A stretch of 64,000 nt of DNA from a bacterium (lineage in GTDB: Bacteria; UBA4055), in the NCBI GenBank assembly GCA_029559475.1, contig JAKQBN010000061.1, positions 3,488 to 67,487 of the forward strand. The letters are read 5' to 3'. The notes below the pieces were generated by a model. That model was not told the DNA's origin, searched no databases, and saw only the letters and a list, made by a program, of their open reading frames with translations. The position numbers and the translations under genes were made by a program. Numbering within the stretch: position 1 is the first letter of the stretch; the number at the start of each line of letters is the position of its first letter. Below, piece by piece: positions 1 to 10,049 of this stretch.

Positions 1-559
1 CATAAGCGCTTATACATTTTACTGTCCAGTTAGCCGTATTTGTATCTGAAGCCTCATGATATCCATAGTATGTCTGGGTAGGACTCCACATTACTGCATA
101 TAACCTGTCGTTTGAATCTATTTTTAAATTCAAACCATTATTACAATAATAAACTTCAACCTGATCACTCCATTCAATTCCGTTGTATTTTTTGTAGTAA
201 ATTCTGTTACTTTCAGACACATAAACGATATGTATATTATTTTGTGAATCGCATACAGCTTTTGTATCATACAATTTTTCGGTGTTTTCAGGCGTAATGT
301 TTATTGTTTCAGTCCAAGACAATCCGCCGTCTGCTGATTTTCGAAATTCGACATGTCCGCGCCAAACAAAAGGGTCTTCAGTTTCGATCCATCTTATCCA
401 GAAGGCGTATATAACACCGTTGTTATCGACAGTGATCGCCGGGCCTGAATTTGTAGTTGCAGGATAATTTCCGTCTTCTGATAGCTGGATCGGTGTGCTC
501 CAATCGTATTGGGCGAAAAGAGAAAATGTGAGTGTAAGGATAAATAATATGTATTTCAT
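1..559 (-). CDS. Secreted BNR/Asp-box repeat protein (sialidase-like), N-terminal part; the C-terminus lies beyond the window start
   Basis: Reverse-strand ORF starting at ATG 559 (MKYILFILTLTFSLFAQ signal-peptide-like), open to the window edge. Contains an Asp-box SADGGLSWTE (S-x-D-x-G-x-T-W). Not in the ORF track because no stop falls in the window. Confidence 0.45.
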   Translation of the reverse strand, partial: MKYILFILTLTFSLFAQYDWSTPIQLSEDGNYPATTNSGPAITVDNNGVIYAFWIRWIETEDPFVWRGHVEFRKSADGGLSWTETINITPENTEKLYDTKAVCDSQNNIHIVYVSESNRIYYKKYNGIEWSDQVEVYYCNNGLNLKIDSNDRLYAVMWSPTQTYYGYHEASDTNTANWTVKCISAY

Positions 560-636
560 AGAGTACCTCCTATTTTTATTTTAAATAATAACCTGTGCTA
601 ACATTCCACTTATATCCCAGCCTGTTTCAAATAATT

Positions 637-2280
637 TTATCTATCTGAGCTATAATATAATAATAACAGATGAAAAAACAAAGAATTATATTTTTCTTTC
701 AATGATTTTCGTTTATTTATCTTCGCTAATATCTCGTAACTGTCAATAGTTCCGTCATATAATTTATCTAACTTAGTTTCTGAAGCAATTAATAGTTCCG
801 CTGTATCTCTGTAATTGTCGTTCTTTTGTTCTTTGAGATAGAATATTGTTCGTTTCAAATTATACTCAGCCATATGCAGCCTGCCTGATGTCTGACAGTT
901 ACATGCGTAAAGGTAGCGGCTTTTTCCGGCATGATAATAGTCTTTCAAATCTTCTGCGAGTCTGATCGATCTTCTCAGACAGGCGGACGATCTTTTTCTG
1001 TCTCCTCTTCTTAAAAAAATATCCGCAAGCATCATGAGCGCATGAAGTTCATAAAATTTGCTTTTAACTTTCACTGCATCTGAAACAAGTATATTAAGAC
1101 ATTTAACGGCTTTTAATAATTCGCGATTTCTGTACTCTATATGAGCTAAATAAAGATATATCGACATTTCTGTTTCTTTAGTGCTGTACTTGAGTGAAGC
1201 GCTCAGGCACCGTGTCAACAGTTGTTCGGCACGTTTAAGATCATTGAGCATAAAGTAATGCACGCCTTTTTTATGATCAAGCCTGAACTTAATGCTTTCA
1301 TTACCGGTTTTTTCAGAATAATCCTTTAACCGGCGGTAAATATCATCTATTGTTCTGCTGTCGTAATATTTGTAATAAACATAAACATTAAAAAGGTTTT
1401 CGAGCGAATTATAGTATTCTCTGACATTACTGTTCGTATTATTATATTCTGCTGCTTCGGTCATTTTTTTAATATAGCTGTCATAATCACCACGAAGGTA
1501 ATTGTGGACCTGCATAATATTCATGCAGTATCCTATTACATTTCTGTCGTGAGTTTCATTAGCAGATTTCATACAGCTGCAGGAATACTCTTCAGCCTTT
1601 GTGTAATCTTTTTCAATTACTGTTAGGCTGTACATTGCTCTAAAATACATATACTGTAATAAAGGATCATCAGTCTCTTTTACAACAGCCGCAGACATTT
1701 CAAGGTACTTCTTCGCTTTTGCAGTATTTAATTGCACTGAGTATATAAGGCTGATATAATAATTGATCTCTGATGCGGTGTTCTTTTCGTAATCTCTTTT
1801 ACAGAATGCCAGAGCAGTTTTAAAATACTGTAACGCTGCCAGATAATCAGCCGCATAATAACAACTCAATCCTTTTGATAACAGCTTTTCTGGATCTTTG
1901 ATTTCTGTTTCAAGTTGTTCCTTTGATATTTCATTGCTTTTAATCTGACCACTTGCAGTTTTCAGCCTTACAGATAATAATGATATGCTGCACTTAAGCT
2001 TGAACTTCTCACGGAGCCGTGTTAAAGTTATTTCAGGATGCGAATCTTTGAATTCTTTTAATTTTGCTAGCAGACCGGAACTGATCTTTTGTTCCTCAGT
2101 ACCGTAGCTCTTTCTGTTTAGACCTGCTTCTCCGTGCTTTCTATATTGTTCAAGCCAGCGGCCTATAGAATTCCGCGGGACATTATATACTGCCGAAGCT
2201 TTTTTTATATTCGTCTGCAGCGCGTAATCGCAGATTTCGGTTTTTAATTCTGCAGGGTATTTATAATTCTTTTTAACCAT
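637..2280 (-). CDS. N-terminal helix-turn-helix (transposase/resolvase-like HTH) fused to a long TPR-like repeat region
   Basis: The N-terminus ELKTEICDYALQTNIKKASAVYNVPRNSIGRWLEQYRKHGEAGL resembles IS3/IS630-type HTH. The rest has repeated A/Y/L-rich TPR-like units (YYAADYLAALQYFKTALAF, YYISLIYSVQLNTAKAKKYLE etc.). Confidence 0.45.
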   Translation of the reverse strand: MVKKNYKYPAELKTEICDYALQTNIKKASAVYNVPRNSIGRWLEQYRKHGEAGLNRKSYGTEEQKISSGLLAKLKEFKDSHPEITLTRLREKFKLKCSISLLSVRLKTASGQIKSNEISKEQLETEIKDPEKLLSKGLSCYYAADYLAALQYFKTALAFCKRDYEKNTASEINYYISLIYSVQLNTAKAKKYLEMSAAVVKETDDPLLQYMYFRAMYSLTVIEKDYTKAEEYSCSCMKSANETHDRNVIGYCMNIMQVHNYLRGDYDSYIKKMTEAAEYNNTNSNVREYYNSLENLFNVYVYYKYYDSRTIDDIYRRLKDYSEKTGNESIKFRLDHKKGVHYFMLNDLKRAEQLLTRCLSASLKYSTKETEMSIYLYLAHIEYRNRELLKAVKCLNILVSDAVKVKSKFYELHALMMLADIFLRRGDRKRSSACLRRSIRLAEDLKDYYHAGKSRYLYACNCQTSGRLHMAEYNLKRTIFYLKEQKNDNYRDTAELLIASETKLDKLYDGTIDSYEILAKINKRKSLKEKYNSLFFHLLLLYYSSDR

Positions 2281-2387
2281 ACTACAATATGGAATATAAA
2301 AAATAAAATATGTATTTGAAATAAACTAAAATATATTTTAATCGATTTTATGAAGTTCTGAAATAATACTTCATATATCCATAATAA

Positions 2388-5300
2388 CTATTTCATCAGA
2401 ACGAACTTTTTCGTAACCGAAATACCATCTGTTTCGAGCGTATAATAATACACTCCCGAATTCAACCTGCTTCCGTCGAATTCGACAGAATGTATTCCCG
2501 CAACCATTGTACCTTTGGTAAGCTCGGATACAAGCTGTCCGCTTACGTTGTAAACGCGCAGGTTTACATCTCCGGCTTCCTGTATTGCGAACCTGATCTG
2601 GGTAACAGGATTGAACGGGTTCGGATAGTTCTGGTAAAGTACCGCCGTTTCTGGAATCAGATCATCATTGCTGTTAATTCCTGTTGTAGATATTCCGGTA
2701 GCAAGGACATTGTCGATCCATACACAGTTGCTTCCGAATCCCATGCTTGCGTCTCTTGAAAAGATCCATTTGAACTCATGCGCTCCTTCAACAACCCCGT
2801 ATTCAACCTTCGTCCAGTCTGAATTCCCGCTCCATGATTTTATCAGGCTGCCGTCGATATAGAATGAAAGTTTATCGTAGCCGGTTTCTGATGAAATTTT
2901 TCTATAGAAAGCCAGATTTCCGTCTACAATAAAAGTAAGCGTTAGTGATAGCTCGGAGCTCTGCCCGTCCCCGACCGGCCCTGAACACGCACTATAGCTT
3001 CCTTCATAGACTACAGTACTGTCGGCTATCCAGTTCACATCGCCGGACAGCGCCCATCCGTTCTTTGTAAAATCCCCGCTTTCGAATCCGTCCGTGAGAC
3101 CGACAACAACATCATAATCGTATTCAAGTTTTTGTCCCGAACCGGATACGGCCGTCATTTTATATCTGATAAAAGATGAATTCGGGATATTATCGCTGTA
3201 ATAACACTCGAGCTGCACATCCGAGAATGACCCTGCCTCAATGCTGTCTATTTTCACCGGATCTGTTATTGTAACATCGAATCCGGTCAGCTGATCAATT
3301 GAAACGTTCAGATCGTAAACAGGCGCGTGTCCTTTATTCTCTATCCTGAAGATCACCGGCTGAGTCTGCCCCTGAAGAGCTGACTGCTGATTAAAGGAGT
3401 GGGATGAAGATAGAACAGGCGAACAGGCTCTCAGATAAATATCCGAACCGTAAGATCTTTTCGAATAAGTATCGGTCATCTCTATATGCAACTTTATGTT
3501 TTCCTGATCCGGCACAAGAGGGTCAATGCTGAATGATATTTCATTGTTTAACCATGAACCGTCTGATAGAATCGTCAAATCCGAATACGAGCAGCTGTCA
3601 TTTATAAAAGAAATGTATGGGCTTTCGCAAATTGCTTTTAATGTAATTCCCGAACTGCTTTCAAGACCTATGTTCTTTATATTCAGGTTCATTACCGATT
3701 CGGTTCCGTAATAAGCCGAGCTGAACGAATAGCTGTTCACTTTCAGGTAAGGTCCTTCCGGCGGATGCACATTAACAGCTGTCTGTTTCGTCTCAAGATT
3801 GAATCCTGTTACGGTGATTATCACTTCTCCGTCCGGGATCGAATGATAAATAGTCGCATCACCGTTCGCGTCTGTAACTGCAGAAAAATTCACTCCGTTC
3901 TGTGAAAGCGTAACCCTAGCGCCGGCAACAGGCGAACCTCCCGATAATATTCTTGTAGAATAAGCTTCCGGAAATACTGCGTTATTCGTATTTTCTATTA
4001 GCTCCGGAGTATCTGTTCTGACTTGAAGCGACGCATCTCCGAATACCGTCCATGTTTGAATAGTTTCCTGCGCATCTTTGTCGCTGTAGCCTTCAGCCAA
4101 CATAAGAACGCATCCGTTGAGAGCTACGGAACCGAACGTTGTCCTCTGATCTGATTTAGTAGTATTAGTTCCGTTTCCGGGATTTGCTGAATAATCATAT
4201 CCGCCTGTCAGAATATCGTTCATATAGTCCTGACCTTTCATCGGCGGAACCCATGCCTGATTGATAGTCGACATAAGAGTAGCTGCCGCTCCTCCGCCGG
4301 ATTTTCTGAGCCATGCCTCTGCAAAACAGGTTCCAGAATGGAATGCGCCGTTCACGCAGGCGACTGAGAAAATGACCGGAAGTTTTAATCCGTTTGTCGA
4401 GTTGTTAACATTTGTCGAACTGTAGGAACTTGTTACCCAGAATGTTTCGGCACCGTGACCGCAGTAATTGATTATTCCGAGCCCCGAGTTGACGAAATTC
4501 GCCACCTGCGAAGCGGAAGCTGAAGTTCCGTACTGTTCATTCACAGTCGAATATGTAGTCGGAAGAAGTTTATTTTCCTTTATTATATCGATATGATCAT
4601 AATCTATCTCTCCATCGTCTCCGATCCCGCTTCCTTCGTTCGATCCTATTCCCAAACCGTACTTATACCAAGTTGCGGTCAGATCAGGATCTCTTTCGTA
4701 GGCTATAGTTTTATTAACCATTGTAGTTACGTCGGAATTCGAACCGGCGGAAAATCTTCCGATAATGATCTCGGGATATATATCGGTCCCGGCAACGCAT
4801 CCCAGCATCGGATCCATAGGCGCGTTCTGCTCGGTTCCGAGATCGCTCTTTATATCCGACCAGTCTCCGACAAGCTGTACATAAAGTATTTCCGGATTCG
4901 AGACGTAAGCACCGGCTATTAAAGACTTTACATTCGTAAGAGCTGCGACGACAGACTTCGTCACTTTGAAACCACGCTGTCTTTTCCAGTCTATGTAAGG
5001 CTGGATCACGGAACTGTCTCTCGGGGTGCAGATAACTAGAATATCGCCCTCTTCCCCGATCTGATGAGCAAATTTCGGTTCTTTATAATTAATGAATAGA
5101 GATCTGTATATGCCCGACATCGTACGGGTTAAGTTTTGCGGTTTAATTGTAAGAGGATTTGATGATGCCCCTTTATTTTCTGAATAATTAATTTTTATGC
5201 TTTTATATACTCTGAGAATTCTCTTTTCTGAATTATATGCGAAAGGGTATGCAGAAACATTAACGCCCCTTATATCTCTGAATATATAAGGATCGGAATG

Positions 5301-5786
5301 ATCGTAAATGTATGAAGGATACATTTCATCTTTTACTGATGCCGGGTCGGTTTCGTAAGGTATTCTGTCCGGATCCTGATCTCTGTATATTACGCCTCTG
5401 GAAGGCAGGAGCGGATGATCAAGCTTTAATTCTGTATAATCCCCGTATTCCGCAGATAAAACCGCGTCATTCTTATCTCCGATTTGAACAGCCGCGCTTA
5501 TCCTGGGGATCTCCGCGAAACCTTTTTTATTTAATACTGAGCTGCCGTCAAAAACGATCCTTGAAAAATACTGCCCGTTTTTAAAAACTGTTTCCGTTTT
5601 GAAATCATTTACGATAAATAATATTTCGCCGGCATTTATAGAATTCTGTTTGTGCGACACTGAAAAATCTGCCGATAACAGAAACTCTGCAGAACCGGAC
5701 ATCAGTATCGTGGCCATTATGATCGTTCTTGTTAAAATATTCATCTTTGACTCCGAAAATTTGGCATAAAAGTAATTCATAAGCAT
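2388..5786 (-). CDS. Peptidase family C25 (gingipain-like) cysteine protease with T9SS C-terminal sorting domain
   Basis: Signal peptide. Catalytic His context INYCGHGAETFW and Cys context PVIFSVACVNGAFH match gingipain. The C-terminus LYQNYPNPFNPVTQIRF...GVYYYTLETDGISVTKKFVLMK is a Por secretion tail. Confidence 0.75.
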   Translation of the reverse strand: MLMNYFYAKFSESKMNILTRTIIMATILMSGSAEFLLSADFSVSHKQNSINAGEILFIVNDFKTETVFKNGQYFSRIVFDGSSVLNKKGFAEIPRISAAVQIGDKNDAVLSAEYGDYTELKLDHPLLPSRGVIYRDQDPDRIPYETDPASVKDEMYPSYIYDHSDPYIFRDIRGVNVSAYPFAYNSEKRILRVYKSIKINYSENKGASSNPLTIKPQNLTRTMSGIYRSLFINYKEPKFAHQIGEEGDILVICTPRDSSVIQPYIDWKRQRGFKVTKSVVAALTNVKSLIAGAYVSNPEILYVQLVGDWSDIKSDLGTEQNAPMDPMLGCVAGTDIYPEIIIGRFSAGSNSDVTTMVNKTIAYERDPDLTATWYKYGLGIGSNEGSGIGDDGEIDYDHIDIIKENKLLPTTYSTVNEQYGTSASASQVANFVNSGLGIINYCGHGAETFWVTSSYSSTNVNNSTNGLKLPVIFSVACVNGAFHSGTCFAEAWLRKSGGGAAATLMSTINQAWVPPMKGQDYMNDILTGGYDYSANPGNGTNTTKSDQRTTFGSVALNGCVLMLAEGYSDKDAQETIQTWTVFGDASLQVRTDTPELIENTNNAVFPEAYSTRILSGGSPVAGARVTLSQNGVNFSAVTDANGDATIYHSIPDGEVIITVTGFNLETKQTAVNVHPPEGPYLKVNSYSFSSAYYGTESVMNLNIKNIGLESSSGITLKAICESPYISFINDSCSYSDLTILSDGSWLNNEISFSIDPLVPDQENIKLHIEMTDTYSKRSYGSDIYLRACSPVLSSSHSFNQQSALQGQTQPVIFRIENKGHAPVYDLNVSIDQLTGFDVTITDPVKIDSIEAGSFSDVQLECYYSDNIPNSSFIRYKMTAVSGSGQKLEYDYDVVVGLTDGFESGDFTKNGWALSGDVNWIADSTVVYEGSYSACSGPVGDGQSSELSLTLTFIVDGNLAFYRKISSETGYDKLSFYIDGSLIKSWSGNSDWTKVEYGVVEGAHEFKWIFSRDASMGFGSNCVWIDNVLATGISTTGINSNDDLIPETAVLYQNYPNPFNPVTQIRFAIQEAGDVNLRVYNVSGQLVSELTKGTMVAGIHSVEFDGSRLNSGVYYYTLETDGISVTKKFVLMK

Positions 5787-5855
5787 TTAAAAATCAATGC
5801 TGAATATCATCTTTGCTATATACTTTTAACCGGTAGAATATAAAGGATAAATTTC

Positions 5856-5884
5856 TTGACTTCAAAAAACTCAAAGTTTATATT
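5856..5884 (+). promoter_or_regulatory. Sigma70-like promoter (TTGACT-N17-TATATT) upstream of acpP
   Basis: -35 TTGACT at 5856-5861, 17-nt spacer, -10 TATATT at 5879-5884. It lies about 40 nt upstream of the GGAGA RBS of acpP. Confidence 0.4.
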
Positions 5885-5925
5885 TCCGGTCTACTGATAA
5901 TTAACAAAAACCAAAGGAGATAGAA

Positions 5926-6162
5926 ATGTCAGTTGAACAGAAAGTCAAAGAAATCATAATGGACGAACTCGGTGTAGATGAAGCTGCGGTAGTTCCTGAA
6001 GCATCTTTTATAAATGATCTCGGCGCAGATTCGCTCGCTACTGTTGAACTCGTTATGAAATTCGAAGACGAATTTGACATAAAGATCGAAGAAGAAGAAG
6101 CAGAAAAGATCACTACTGTTGGTTCAGCGATCGATTTCATAAAAAAACAGCTCGGTGAGTAA
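5926..6162 (+). CDS. acpP: Acyl carrier protein
   Basis: 78 aa with the DSL phosphopantetheine attachment motif ([13 protein letters not shown]). RBS AAAGGAGA. Directly upstream of fabF. Confidence 0.95.
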   Translation: MSVEQKVKEIIMDELGVDEAAVVPEASFINDLGADSLATVELVMKFEDEFDIKIEEEEAEKITTVGSAIDFIKKQLGE

Positions 6163-6268
6163 ATCACGTCTGATTGAATAAATATAAGGAATAAGGGAAA
6201 GTATTTTCCCTTATTTTTTATAGAATAATACTGGCGAATTAAAAAATACAAAAAAAAGTTGGATTATT

Positions 6269-7510
6269 ATGAAAAGAAGGGTTGTAGTTACCGGAATGGG
6301 TGTCTTCACGGCACTCGGAACAGAAGTTGAAGAATTTTATAATAATCTCCTCAACGGAGTATCGGGGATCAGTACGATCGAACGGTTCGACACTTCAGAA
6401 CTGACAGTGAAGATCGCGGGCGAGATAAAAAATTACGATCCGGAAAAATATTTCGAGAGGAACGAGGCTAAAAGACTGGACAGGTTCACCCAGTACGCCC
6501 TTATTGCTGCAGAGAGCGCGATGAAAGATTCCGGACTTGACCTGAACACAGTGGACAGGGACAAATTCGCTGTGATTACTGCTTCAGGTATAGGCGGAAT
6601 GGAGACATGGCAGGCGAACTACAAGATCATGATGGAAAAAGGAACACGCAGGGTAAGCCCCCTTTTTATTCCGATGATGATCTCCGATATCGCTGCCGGG
6701 AGAATTTCAATTAAATGGGATCTTAAAGGCCCGAACTATTCTCTTACTTCAGCCTGCGCATCATCCGGCCACGCGATAGGAACTGCTTACAGAACTATTC
6801 AGTACGGAGATGCTGATTTCGCGATATGCGGCGGGGCCGAAGCTGTTATTACCGACCTTGCGATAGCGGGTTTCGCGAACATGAAAGCGCTTTCAACAAG
6901 AAATGACGATCCCAAAACCGCCAGCAGACCTTTCGACAGGGACAGGGACGGTTTTGTTATGGGCGAAGGCTCCGGGATGCTGATCCTTGAAGAATATGAG
7001 CACGCGGTAAAAAGAGGAGCAAGAATTTACGGAGAGATCGCCGGTATAGGTTTCTCGGGCGACGCGAAAGACATCGTAGCTCCCGATCCTGAAGGCAACG
7101 GCGCAAAAAGAGCTATGCTTTCTGCGATAAGCGACGCGGGAATAAAGCCGGAAGATATAGATCATATAAATACCCACGGCACCGCCACTCCTCCGGGAGA
7201 TCTTGCAGAAACCATGGGTATTAAAGCGGCTTTCGGAGCTCACGCTTATAATATAGCGGTAAATTCCACTAAGTCGATGACGGGACATCTTCTTGGAGCT
7301 GCCGGAGCGATAGAACTCATAGGCACGATCAAAGCCGTTCAGACGGATACTGTGCATCCTACGATTAACCAGTTCAACCCCGATCCCGCATGCGATCTGA
7401 ATTACACTCCGAATAAATCTATAACTAGAAAAGTCAGATATGCTATAAGCAATACTTTCGGATTCGGCGGGCATAACGCTTCGATACTTGTGAAAAAATT
7501 CGAAGGCTAA
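6269..7510 (+). CDS. fabF: 3-oxoacyl-ACP synthase II
   Basis: 413 aa, MKRRVVVTGMGVFTALG..., active-site Cys context SACASSGHAIG, C-terminal His residues HINTHGT/GHLLGAAG. acpP-fabF synteny. Confidence 0.95.
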   Translation: MKRRVVVTGMGVFTALGTEVEEFYNNLLNGVSGISTIERFDTSELTVKIAGEIKNYDPEKYFERNEAKRLDRFTQYALIAAESAMKDSGLDLNTVDRDKFAVITASGIGGMETWQANYKIMMEKGTRRVSPLFIPMMISDIAAGRISIKWDLKGPNYSLTSACASSGHAIGTAYRTIQYGDADFAICGGAEAVITDLAIAGFANMKALSTRNDDPKTASRPFDRDRDGFVMGEGSGMLILEEYEHAVKRGARIYGEIAGIGFSGDAKDIVAPDPEGNGAKRAMLSAISDAGIKPEDIDHINTHGTATPPGDLAETMGIKAAFGAHAYNIAVNSTKSMTGHLLGAAGAIELIGTIKAVQTDTVHPTINQFNPDPACDLNYTPNKSITRKVRYAISNTFGFGGHNASILVKKFEG

Positions 7511-7512
7511 TT

Positions 7513-8277
7513 TTGTTCGGAAAACTTCTTTCATTTTTAAATTTTTCAAAGAAAAATAATACTCTTGAGCTCCCCGTAAATATCGGGGAGCTTGAATTTA
7601 TACTCGGTCATAAATTCAAGAACAAAGAACTTCTTATCCGCGCTCTGACCCACAGATCATATTCTGCCCAGGATAACGGGAACGGAGAATCGAACGAAAG
7701 GCTCGAATTCCTCGGCGACTCTGTGTTAAGTTTTATCGTAGCTGAATATTTATTCATTAATTATAAAGATAAACCCGAGGGCGATTTAAGCAAGATGCGA
7801 TCTATTCTCGTATCGGGTGAAAATCTCTGCCGGGTAGCGAGAGATATCAGCCTAGGTAAATTCATTCTTGTGAGTGAATTCGAGGAAAGATCCGGCGGAA
7901 GAGATAAGGATTCTCTGCTTGAAGACTGCATGGAATCAGTGATCGGCGCGGTTTATTCCGACAGCGGAATAGAAAAAGCCCGCGAATTGATAAACAGGAT
8001 AATTCTGGATAACTGCGGATCGGTGATCGCCGAAAAAAAGAATACAAATTATAAATCAGAGCTTCTGGAGCTTGTTCAGTCGTTCGGAATAGACCCGCCG
8101 AGATACGAGATAATCAGAGAGGAAGGACCTGAGCACGATAAAACTTTTACCGTAAGCGTGATCGTGAAGGGAGAAACATTAGCCGAAGGGAAAGCGAATT
8201 CGAAAAAGAAAGCGGAACAGATCGCCAGCTCGAATGCGCTTGACAGGATCAACGGCAATCCTGACATACTGAAATAA
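7513..8277 (+). CDS. rnc: Ribonuclease III
   Basis: RNase III signature ERLEFLGDSVL and a C-terminal dsRBD. The start is TTG at 7513; no in-frame ATG lies upstream of the conserved LTHRSY region. Confidence 0.9.
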   Translation: MFGKLLSFLNFSKKNNTLELPVNIGELEFILGHKFKNKELLIRALTHRSYSAQDNGNGESNERLEFLGDSVLSFIVAEYLFINYKDKPEGDLSKMRSILVSGENLCRVARDISLGKFILVSEFEERSGGRDKDSLLEDCMESVIGAVYSDSGIEKARELINRIILDNCGSVIAEKKNTNYKSELLELVQSFGIDPPRYEIIREEGPEHDKTFTVSVIVKGETLAEGKANSKKKAEQIASSNALDRINGNPDILK

Positions 8278-8282
8278 AAAAA

Positions 8283-8299
8283 GGCGGTTTTAAACCGCC
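8283..8299. repeat. Left copy of a 17-bp palindromic target-site duplication (GGCGGTTTTAAACCGCC) flanking the IS
   Basis: An identical 17-mer recurs at 10028-10044. It is preceded by an A-run (8276-8282); the right copy is followed by a T-run. Confidence 0.5.
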
Positions 8300-10027
8300 T
8301 CAGACTGTCGAAAAAGTTCTTGAGAAATCAGGGACTTTTTTTTTACATTTGAATTATACACGCACGCATACATTACATATAATGAAATAGATGCAAAATA
8401 CACAATATTTTTCTTGCGTTAGGATTGTTTTATGCTTATATTTCTTGTATAACTGATTTCGGAGAAATTATGCTTAAAAAACAAGAAACAAAACAGTCAG
8501 AAATAGAGATGGTGATCTTGGAAGACCTTATTCCGGAAAATCATCTCTTGAGAAAAATCTCAAAGCATATTGACTTCAGCTTCGTCAGAGACAAGCTCAG
8601 TCCATTTTACTGCGACGACAACGGCAGACCTCCGGTAGATCCGGTAGTATTGTTCAAGATTTATTTTCTGGGATTTTTATACGGGATAAGGTCTGAAAGG
8701 CAACTTATGCGTGAGATAGAAGTTAATCTTGCCTACCGCTGGTTTTTAGGATATAAGATCAATGATCCGGTACCCCACCACTCCACTCTAAGTTTTAACA
8801 GGCTACACCGTTTTCAAGACAGCGATGTTTTTAGAGAACTTTTTGATGAGGTTGTTTTTTTAGCTATCCGGAAAAAACTTGTTACAGGCGAAGTATTATA
8901 TACGGACTCGACCCACTTGAAAGCTAACGCCAACAAGAAGAAGTTCGAAAAGAGGGATGTAGAAGGCACGGCGAAGCATTATCTGGATGAGCTTGAAGAA
9001 GATGTAAACAAGGATCGTCTTCGGCACGGAAAGAAAGAGCTGAATGATAAGCCTAAAGAGTCTGAAGTAAAAGAAGTACGAGTAAGCACTACCGATCCGG
9101 ACAGCGGATATATGTGCAGGGACTTTAAGGAGGAAGGGTTCGCTTATCTTGACCACAGAACAGTTGACGGTAAGCACAATATAATAACTGATGTTCATGT
9201 TACGCCGGGCAATGTTCACGACAGCATACCGTATATAGAGAGACTTGATCATCAGATAAACAGGTTCGGGTTTGATGTTCAAGCAGTAGGTCTTGATGCA
9301 GGCTATAATACGGTCGCAGTATGTCACGGATTAAAGCAGCGCAACATTTATGGAGTACTTGCCTACAAAGCACCGAGCTCAGATAAAGATCACATTAGGA
9401 AGAAATTTTTTACATATGATAAAGAACAAGATATTTATATATGTCCGGAAGGATGCCGCCTTAAATATCAAAACACAGGCAGGGATGGTTATCAGCAATT
9501 TGTGTCTGACCCTGAGATATGCTCAAAATGTCCGAGGCTTGCAGAATGTACAAAGGAGAGGAATCACAGAAAGCTTATAGCTCGGCATGTATGGGAGGAT
9601 GACAAGACAGAGATGGACAAGAACAGGCTTACTGAATACGGGAAAGAAATATACAAACGGCGGAAGGAAACGGTTGAACGAAGCTTTGCTGATGCTAAAC
9701 AGCTTCATGGCTACAGATACGCACGATACCGAGGCATCTTAAGCGTCACTTTCCAATGCATCATGACCGCTATCTGCCAGAACATTAAAAAGATAGCTAA
9801 CTTACTGGATAAAAGACCGGAGACAATAGTGCCTGTGTTATCGTCTAAATTATCAGCCTTAATTTTAGCCTCATATATGCTTATAAACGTACTTTTTGAC
9901 CAAATTGAAAGTGCCACCAATATTTTTAAGAAAAATAAGCGTTGCTTAAAAAGCGGCTAATCAAATCAAAAAATGTTATCTCAAAAAGAAAACCCCCGAG
10001 AAAATCGGGGGTTGTTCTACAATCTGA
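8300..10027 (+). mobile_element. IS1182-family insertion sequence (~1.73 kb) with imperfect terminal inverted repeats
   Basis: Left end TCAGACTGTCGAA..., right end (reverse complement) TCAGATTGTAGAA..., about 13/16 matching. Single transposase ORF. Flanked by the identical 17-bp direct repeat. An internal hairpin CCCCCGAGAAAATCGGGGG (9993-10011) follows the transposase stop. Confidence 0.65.
8470..9960 (+). CDS. IS1182/IS5-family DDE transposase
   Basis: The N-terminus LEDLIPENHLLRKISKHIDFSFVRDKL...YCDDNGRPPVDPVVLFK is an InsH-N/DUF772-type domain. The C-terminus ERSFADAKQLHGYRYARYRGI...NIKKIANLL is a DDE transposase tail. The likely start is MLKKQETKQ at 8470 (GGAGA RBS) rather than 8425. 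Confidence 0.85.
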   Translation: MLKKQETKQSEIEMVILEDLIPENHLLRKISKHIDFSFVRDKLSPFYCDDNGRPPVDPVVLFKIYFLGFLYGIRSERQLMREIEVNLAYRWFLGYKINDPVPHHSTLSFNRLHRFQDSDVFRELFDEVVFLAIRKKLVTGEVLYTDSTHLKANANKKKFEKRDVEGTAKHYLDELEEDVNKDRLRHGKKELNDKPKESEVKEVRVSTTDPDSGYMCRDFKEEGFAYLDHRTVDGKHNIITDVHVTPGNVHDSIPYIERLDHQINRFGFDVQAVGLDAGYNTVAVCHGLKQRNIYGVLAYKAPSSDKDHIRKKFFTYDKEQDIYICPEGCRLKYQNTGRDGYQQFVSDPEICSKCPRLAECTKERNHRKLIARHVWEDDKTEMDKNRLTEYGKEIYKRRKETVERSFADAKQLHGYRYARYRGILSVTFQCIMTAICQNIKKIANLLDKRPETIVPVLSSKLSALILASYMLINVLFDQIESATNIFKKNKRCLKSG

Positions 10028-10044
10028 GGCGGTTTTAAACCGCC
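10028..10044. repeat. Right copy of the 17-bp palindromic target-site duplication. With the downstream T-run it forms an intrinsic-terminator-like hairpin abutting the rplT stop
   Basis: GGCGGTTTTAAACCGCC followed by TTTTTTT (10045-10051). The rplT stop codon (10050-10052) overlaps the T-run. Confidence 0.5.
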
Positions 10045-10049
10045 TTTTT

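Noticed and set aside
282-467. Two small plus-strand ORFs at the window start
   Set aside because: Lie inside the better-supported minus-strand BNR-repeat gene (signal peptide plus Asp-box).
5901-6251. 116-aa minus-strand ORF
   Set aside because: Entirely antisense to acpP, a highly conserved gene with RBS and promoter. Low-complexity Ser-rich translation. Spurious.
6893-7549. 218-aa minus-strand ORF inside fabF
   Set aside because: Antisense to fabF. No RBS. Composition typical of an antisense frame.
8276-8308. Reading the hairpin after rnc as a simple intrinsic terminator for rnc
   Set aside because: The hairpin is followed by CAGACTG rather than a U-run. The A-run precedes it, so in its present state it is oriented as a terminator for leftward (antisense) transcription. 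It is better explained as half of a split bidirectional terminator duplicated by the IS.
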